Below are positions 57,969 to 64,000 of a stretch of DNA of 64,000 nt, in pieces. Source of the stretch: Acidobacteriota bacterium (GTDB lineage Bacteria > Acidobacteriota > UBA890 > WLXD01); assembly GCA_965248695.1 (NCBI GenBank), contig CBDFKD010000002.1, forward strand, positions 3,456,001 through 3,520,000. Direction: 5' to 3'. How positions within the stretch are numbered: the stretch's first letter is position 1; each line of letters starts with the position of its first letter. The notes beneath the pieces are model-generated. The model was given only the letters and a program-made list of their open reading frames with translations. It searched no databases and was not told the DNA's origin. A program made the translations under genes and the position numbers.

Positions 57969-59456
57969 ATGGGCATGGTTCCGTCGAGCGATGGCCTCGA
58001 TCTCGAGGGGCTCGAGCCGCCGAGCACGACGCTGCGCAGCATGCTGCGCACCTTCGGCCCCGGCATCATCCTGATGATGACGGGCATCGGCACCAGCCAC
58101 CTGATCACCGCTCCCACCGCCGGCGGTCGGTTTCAGTACGCCCTTCTGTGGTGCATCCCGGTGGCCTACATCTTCAAGTACTACGGCTTCGAGATGGCGT
58201 TCCGGTTCACCAACGCGACCGGCAAGAGCCTGCTCGAGGCCTATGGTACGGCGTGGAAGAAATGGCCCCTGTGGTACGTGCTCTCGACCACGTTGTTGCA
58301 GTGCGCCATCGGCCAGGCAGGGCGGCTGATCGCCGCATCGGCGGTGCTGTACTCGATCTTCACGATCTCGCTCGGGTTGCCCGTACCGCTCGGAGCATAC
58401 GGCATCGTCCTCGGGGTCGGCTCGGTGGCAGTGCTGTTGAGCGGCAGCTATCGCTCGGTGGAGAACTCCGCCAAGGCGGCCGCGATCGCACTCTGTCTGT
58501 CGACGATCGCCGTGTACATCGTCAGGCCGGCACCGCTCGACGCGCTGCGACACTTCTGGATCGTGGAGACCCCGGTGGGATCGTGGTTGCTGGTGGCGGC
58601 GTTCCTGGGCCTGCTGCCGACCGGGCTCGACGTGTCGTTGCAGGCGTCCGAGTGGGGCAAGGCCAAACGTGCCGGTATGAGTCGCATTCGACCCGAGCTC
58701 GAGCGCCGCGGATTGGCGCGCGCATTCGACCCGTTCACCTCCACCAAGGAAGACTTGGCGGTCGATGCCAATCTGCTGCCCGAAGCGGCGCAAGAGTATT
58801 GCCGCCGTTGGTTCCGGATCAGCCTGTGGGATTTCCGGCTCGGTCACGTGGTGTCGTTCGTGATGGCGTGCATTTTCCTGTTGCTGGCCGCCGTGTGGCT
58901 CTATCCGAGTCCGGTCGAAGGGCGTGCGGTGATGGGCGAGATCGCAGGAATCTTCACCAACAGCGTCGGGCCGTGGATGATGGTCGTGTTCATGACCGGA
59001 GCGTTTGCCGCCACGTTCTCGACCGCCTTCAACTACTTCGACGGCTGGCCACGCGTGGTCGGCGCCTGCTGCCGCAACATGTTCCCGACCACGGCCCGTC
59101 TGCAGGGAATCGTGAAGGCCGACCTGACCGCCGAGCACCGTGCCACCTGGTCGTCGGAGTACAACATTTACCGCGCGACGATGTTCTTCTCGCTGATCAC
59201 TGCGACGGCAATCGTCATCGGCATGCCGCGACCGGTCTTCCTGGTGCTGGTGGCCTCGGCGCTGGCCTTCTTCGTGGCACCGGTGATCTTCTTCCTTAAC
59301 CTCTACTACTGCCTGACAGTCATCCCGAAGCACGCCAGGGACTACTACCCCTCGCCGTTCGCGATCTGGTTCGGTGGTGCATCGCTGGTCGTGTTCACCG
59401 CGCTCAGCGGCATATTGATCGCCGCCCGCGTCCTCGGCATCCAGCTGTTCGGCTAG
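57969..59456 (+). CDS. Nramp-related divalent metal/solute transporter
   Basis: FGPGII..TGIGTSHL, FQYALLW, AATFST..DGWPR; about 11 TM; lacks the canonical DPGN motif. Confidence 0.8.
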   Translation: MGMVPSSDGLDLEGLEPPSTTLRSMLRTFGPGIILMMTGIGTSHLITAPTAGGRFQYALLWCIPVAYIFKYYGFEMAFRFTNATGKSLLEAYGTAWKKWPLWYVLSTTLLQCAIGQAGRLIAASAVLYSIFTISLGLPVPLGAYGIVLGVGSVAVLLSGSYRSVENSAKAAAIALCLSTIAVYIVRPAPLDALRHFWIVETPVGSWLLVAAFLGLLPTGLDVSLQASEWGKAKRAGMSRIRPELERRGLARAFDPFTSTKEDLAVDANLLPEAAQEYCRRWFRISLWDFRLGHVVSFVMACIFLLLAAVWLYPSPVEGRAVMGEIAGIFTNSVGPWMMVVFMTGAFAATFSTAFNYFDGWPRVVGACCRNMFPTTARLQGIVKADLTAEHRATWSSEYNIYRATMFFSLITATAIVIGMPRPVFLVLVASALAFFVAPVIFFLNLYYCLTVIPKHARDYYPSPFAIWFGGASLVVFTALSGILIAARVLGIQLFG

Positions 59457-59519
59457 CATCCGCAGCCGGTCGTCAAGCACCGGCAGCCAGGGACACGCCG
59501 GGTTCGATAGGCTACGCGC

Positions 59520-60572
59520 ATGAACAGCGAAACTGTCCAGGGGCTGCTGGAGCAGATTCGGCGCGACACCGGTGGCGCATTCATCTCTGGCCTGGGGTAT
59601 ATCGGCGATCGACTCGGCCTGTTCACTGCGCTTGCCGAACAGGGGCCTGTCGGCAGCGTCGCCCTGGCCGCGTCGACACGTCTGAACGAGCGCTACCTAC
59701 GGGAATGGCTCAAGGCCATGGCGGCGTTCGGCTACATCGAGTACGACGACGAAGCGGCGACGTACGCTATGTCACAGGAGCAGAGCGCCGTCCTCGCCGA
59801 GGAAACGTCGGCCGTGTTCGGCGCCGGCACGTTCCACTTCACGTTGCCGTCGTTGCTGCGAACCGAGGAGCTGATGAACGCGTTCCGGCACGGCGGGGGC
59901 ATTGCTTACGACGAGCTCCATCCCGAGGTCCCGGCCTCGATCGATCGAATGCACCGAGCCTGGTTCGATCATCTGCTGACCGAGGAGTGGCTGCCGGCGG
60001 TTCCGGGGCTCTGCGACCGGCTGCACGATGGCATCCGCGTGCTCGACGTCGGCTGCGGCCTGGGCCGTTCAACAATTGCCGTCGCTCGAGCGCACCCCGG
60101 TACCTCCGTGCTCGGCATCGACCCGCATGCACCCAGCATCGAGTTCGCCCGCGCCCTGGCGGTCGAAGGTGATGTGAGCAACGCGGAGTTCGCGGCGCTG
60201 CCGCTAGAGGATATCGAGCCCGAGCTGCGCTTCGACCTGGTGCTGGCCATCGACTGCATCCACGACATGGCCGATCCGGTCGGAACGCTGCGCGGTATCC
60301 ACCGACACCTCTCGGGCGACGGCCTGCTGGTCTGGTCTGAGCCAGCCGGGTCGTTGAACCCATTGGAGAATCGCGACACCCTGTCGCGCATGCGCGCCGC
60401 CCTCAGCCCGTTTCATTGCCTCACCGTCTCGCTGGCCGCAGGGGGACCCGGGCTGGGAACTCTGATCGGCACCGAGGGGGCACAGCAGCTGGCGGCCGAG
60501 GCGGGCTTCAAGAGCTTCGAGACGCTGCCGGTGCCATCCGACACCCAGCTATTCTTCGGACTTCGACGCTGA
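59520..60572 (+). CDS. Class I SAM methyltransferase with N-terminal winged helix (Rv2258c-like)
   Basis: IGDRLGLF, ERYLREWL, VLDVGCGLG, DCIHDMADP, GLGT. Confidence 0.9.
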   Translation: MNSETVQGLLEQIRRDTGGAFISGLGYIGDRLGLFTALAEQGPVGSVALAASTRLNERYLREWLKAMAAFGYIEYDDEAATYAMSQEQSAVLAEETSAVFGAGTFHFTLPSLLRTEELMNAFRHGGGIAYDELHPEVPASIDRMHRAWFDHLLTEEWLPAVPGLCDRLHDGIRVLDVGCGLGRSTIAVARAHPGTSVLGIDPHAPSIEFARALAVEGDVSNAEFAALPLEDIEPELRFDLVLAIDCIHDMADPVGTLRGIHRHLSGDGLLVWSEPAGSLNPLENRDTLSRMRAALSPFHCLTVSLAAGGPGLGTLIGTEGAQQLAAEAGFKSFETLPVPSDTQLFFGLRR

Positions 60573-60680
60573 GCTGGGCGCAATACGCGCGGTCTGTGAT
60601 CGACCGACCCCGACGGCGCGCGCCTGGACAAGTAGAATGGCGCCGTCATCGAGGCCCCAACAGCCGGCGTCACGCCGGCT

Positions 60681-61562
60681 ATGAGCCCTGGGAACGCCAT
60701 GCCCGCGTCACGTGAATCAGCCGACACCGGCGCGCGGATCCGCCTCTGGGGAGTGCGCGGTTCCGTGCCCACCCCGCAGGCAGACCACCTCGCGCACGGC
60801 GGCAACACGCCCTGTGTGGAGCTGCGTACGTCTGACAATGACGTGCTGGTGATCGACGGAGGCACCGGTATGCGCCCGCTCGGCGATGCCCTGGACGAGG
60901 AGGTGGGCGGCGGCGGCGTCACCGTGCACGTGCTGCTGTCGCACTTTCACTGGGACCATCTCCAGGGAATCCCGTACTTCGCGCCCCTATTTGACGAGCG
61001 CAGCGAGATCGTCTTCTACGCCGATGCCAGCAGCGCCCGTATCGAAGCTGCTCTGGACGGCCAGATGCAGGCACCCTTCTTCCCCATCGGCCTGGACCAG
61101 ACCGCCGCAAGGCGACGATTCGTCAGCCTGCCGACGGAAGGCATGGACATAGGAAGCGCCCGCGTGACTCCGGTGGCGTTAACCCACCCCCAGGGGGCTA
61201 GCGGATTCCGGATCGACGACGGTGCCGGATCCTTGCTATACGCATCGGATCACGAGCACGGCGATGCCATCGTCGACGCCGCCATCCTCGAGGCGGCCAC
61301 CGGTGCCGACGTTCTGATCTACGACGCGCAATACACTCCGGAAGAGTACGCCACCCGGGTCGGCTGGGGCCACAGCACATGGGAGTCGGGCGTTGACGTG
61401 GCAGCCGCCGCGCAGGCCGCCAAGCTGCTCCTCTTCCATCACGATCCGGCCCACGACGATGATGCGCTGGCGGCGATCGAGGCACAGGCGAAGAAGCGCC
61501 TCTCGTGCGCCACGATGGCACGCGAGGGCGAGACCTACGTGCTCGGGGAGTCCAGGACGTGA
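60681..61562 (+). CDS. MBL-fold metallo-hydrolase (putative phosphodiesterase)
   Basis: WGVRGSVPTP, GGNTPCVE, SHFHWDHLQG, DAQYT, WGHS, LFHHDP. Confidence 0.9.
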   Translation: MSPGNAMPASRESADTGARIRLWGVRGSVPTPQADHLAHGGNTPCVELRTSDNDVLVIDGGTGMRPLGDALDEEVGGGGVTVHVLLSHFHWDHLQGIPYFAPLFDERSEIVFYADASSARIEAALDGQMQAPFFPIGLDQTAARRRFVSLPTEGMDIGSARVTPVALTHPQGASGFRIDDGAGSLLYASDHEHGDAIVDAAILEAATGADVLIYDAQYTPEEYATRVGWGHSTWESGVDVAAAAQAAKLLLFHHDPAHDDDALAAIEAQAKKRLSCATMAREGETYVLGESRT

Positions 61563-63226
61563 CCGAAGAAGCCAGGACCAAGCTAAAGCTCCGCTACGCC
61601 ATCAACGACGACGCGTTCGAGGTGGTGGTTGCCCACAGTGGCGCAGAGATCGGTCGCGCGGCCGAGTGTCGGATCGTGATCGAGGACTCCGAGGTTTCGC
61701 GGCATCACGCGCGACTGTCCTACGACGACGCCCGATGGACGATCACCGACCTGGGATCCACCAACGGTACGGCGGTAAACGGTGAGGAGTTGAGTCAGCC
61801 GCAACAGCTGTCCGACGGCGACATCGTGACCATTCACAGCTACGAGCTCACGGCCAGCATCGAGGAGGATGCCGGCGGCGGCATTGTGTTCGACGAACGC
61901 GACCCCGACGAGTCCGTCGGCACGTTCATCGCCTCGGCCGACGTTCTGCAGCTGCTCGAGATGGGAGCGTCGGAGGCGGTCAGCGCCGCCGAGGTCACCA
62001 AGGCGGCCGACGCGACGGCAGCAGAGCCGACATCGTCACCCGGAGGACTCAGCGTCAGCTCCCGATCGACGCTCGGCGCCAACCACGTGTTGGAGCTGTG
62101 CAGCAGCGCTGCCGAGGCACTGCTCGGCGCGGTCGGTGTCGAAGGAGTCCTGGAAGAGATCATGCGGTTGGCGTTCGAAAACGTACCGGCCCAGCGCGGC
62201 GCGATCTCGCTGTGCGAGGAGGAAGGCGCCGAGCTGCGACCGGTGGTCGTGCATGGTCTGTCGGACAACGACGAGCTGCGCATCAGCCGCAAGATCGCCA
62301 CCGGCGCGGTGGAGGAGCACAAGGCGTTCCTGATCCGAGAGGTGGAGTCCGATGAGCGCTTCACCGCCAGCGACACGATTGCCCGGATGGACATCCGCTC
62401 GGCAGTGTGCGTGCCGATGGAACACGACGGCCAAGTGCAGGGATTGATCTACCTCGACACGCGCGACAACGCCTCTCGCTTCGGCGAGCGCGACCTGCGC
62501 CTGGTGACGGTGCTCGGAATGCTGGGCGCTATCGGCATCCGCCAAACGCGCTACCGGGAGGAGATCGCGCATCAGCTGCAGATCCGCTCCCGACTGGAGC
62601 GCTACAGCTCCCCGTCGGTCATCGAACGGCTGCAATCAGTTGGTGAGTACGGTGAGATGCTGGCCGAGGAACGCGAGATCAGCGTGCTGTTCACCGACCT
62701 GTGCGGCTTCACGGCGTTGTCCGAGAGGATGGCCCCCGCCGATACGGCGCGGCTGCTCAACTCGATCTTCGAGCAGCTGACCCAGGTGGTCTTCACTCAT
62801 GAGGGCACTCTCGACAAGTTCATGGGTGACGGCATGATGGCGTTCTTTGGAGCGCCTTTCGATCAGCCGGACCATGCTGAACGGGCGGTCGCAGCAGCAT
62901 GGGGGATGTCGGAGGCGCTCAACGCTATCAACTCGGAGCTCACCGAGGACCACCGCATCAACATGCGCATCGGAGTCAACACCGGTCCGGCGATCGTCGG
63001 TGACATCGGCTCACAGAGGCGGCGCGACTACACCGTGGTGGGCGATACGGTGAACGTCGCAAGCCGACTCGAAAGCACCGTCGCCACCCCGGGACAGATC
63101 GCCATCAGCCACCACACTCACGAGCTGGTGGAGAAGCTCTTCCGCTGTGAGGCCCTCCCCAAGATGAAGGTCAACGGGCGTCAGAAGGAGGTCACGCCCT
63201 TCCTGGTGCTCGGCCCGGCGGAGTAA
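61559..63226 (+). CDS. FHA-GAF class III adenylate cyclase
   Basis: FHA (IGR..VSRHHA..DLGSTNGT), GAF (IRSAVCVPM..GLIYLD), cyclase LFTDLCGFT, DKFMGDG, DYTVVGDTVNVASRLE; GTGA overlap with the MBL gene. Confidence 0.93.
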   Translation: MTEEARTKLKLRYAINDDAFEVVVAHSGAEIGRAAECRIVIEDSEVSRHHARLSYDDARWTITDLGSTNGTAVNGEELSQPQQLSDGDIVTIHSYELTASIEEDAGGGIVFDERDPDESVGTFIASADVLQLLEMGASEAVSAAEVTKAADATAAEPTSSPGGLSVSSRSTLGANHVLELCSSAAEALLGAVGVEGVLEEIMRLAFENVPAQRGAISLCEEEGAELRPVVVHGLSDNDELRISRKIATGAVEEHKAFLIREVESDERFTASDTIARMDIRSAVCVPMEHDGQVQGLIYLDTRDNASRFGERDLRLVTVLGMLGAIGIRQTRYREEIAHQLQIRSRLERYSSPSVIERLQSVGEYGEMLAEEREISVLFTDLCGFTALSERMAPADTARLLNSIFEQLTQVVFTHEGTLDKFMGDGMMAFFGAPFDQPDHAERAVAAAWGMSEALNAINSELTEDHRINMRIGVNTGPAIVGDIGSQRRRDYTVVGDTVNVASRLESTVATPGQIAISHHTHELVEKLFRCEALPKMKVNGRQKEVTPFLVLGPAE

Positions 63227-63253
63227 GCCGGCACCGCTTGCGACCCCGGCAGG

Positions 63254-64000
63254 CTAGTCGGTCGCGCCCTCCACCGCCTGCAATAGCAGCTCGACGTTGC
63301 GTCGTCCCTCTCGGCCGTCGACCTCAGGTGGTCGACCATCTCGGACCGCGGATACGAAGTCCTCGATCTCGCCGACGTACGGATCCGCTACGGTGTAGTC
63401 AATATCACCGTCCGGCCCGTGCACCTCGCCGCCGCCATGCGGACCCAGCGTGCCGGTGCAAACGATGCTGCCGCGACTACCGTGGATCTCCAGCGCCGAC
63501 GGCGCGTCGAACTGCACCGAGGAACAGATCTCGGCCGTGGCGCCGGACTCGAAGCGCAGCGCCAGCAACGCGGTCTCGTCGTGTGTCGCGCCCCACACGC
63601 CGCGGCTGATGGTGCTGCTCAGATCCACCACCTCGCCGCTGCTCGGCAGCAGCGTCCAGCGCACGAGATCCAGACAATGAGTGCCCACCGCCCCCAGGCT
63701 CCACCAGCGACCCACCTCTGGATGCGCCCGCCAGTTGGTAAGCATCGCTTGCACGATAGCTCCAGCGAACGCGTACATGGCGCAGATCCCCGAGCTCGCC
63801 GGCATGCGCCGCGGCCACCGCCTTGCGGTGGCCGTTGTGCCAGCGCAGGTGATACGCCACCCCGAGCGTCACGCCGGCCGCCGCCGCGGCATCGATCATG
63901 CGCGTCGCGTCGTCACGCTCGGTACACATCGGCTTCTCGACCAGCACGTGCTTGCCAGCCTCTGCGGCAGCCACCGCCGCGTCGGCATGAAGCCGATCGG
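63254..64000 (-). CDS. Gfo/Idh/MocA oxidoreductase (5' end outside the window), apparent frameshift at ~63740
   Basis: GKHVLVEKPM...VAYHLRW in one frame; NWRAH...GTHCLDLVRW...EIEDFVSAV in the next. Confidence 0.8.

Overview
GC-rich bacterial chromosomal segment of about 50 genes, most likely Acidobacteriota, inferred from two PadR + ADOP permease pairs, a DUF1592/DUF1552/ankyrin operon and a BlaI/BlaR1-TonB pair. The main feature is a ~17 kb type IV filament locus (10411-27570) in two convergent halves. It has one GspD-type secretin, one PilB/GspE ATPase and one PilC/GspF platform, but apparently two sets of PilM/N-, PilO- and GspC(PDZ)-like proteins. It also encodes a Big/PKD lipoprotein, four minor pilins and two ~83% identical major pilins. 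Each major pilin sits in a duplicated expression cassette: enhancer-like motifs at matching distances, an AT-rich tract, a sigma54 -24/-12 promoter and a related 3' stem-loop. A 263-bp MITE with 34-bp terminal inverted repeats sits where the two halves meet, and a truncated relative lies at ~6956-7009. The rest is metabolic, transport and signalling genes (mog, ggt, lctP, xth, sulfatase, M20 peptidase, an MBL hydrolase coupled to an FHA-GAF adenylate cyclase). Three genes carry apparent +1 frameshifts that may be assembly errors. I saw no rRNA, tRNA or CRISPR array. All family calls come from motif recognition by eye; no searches were run.
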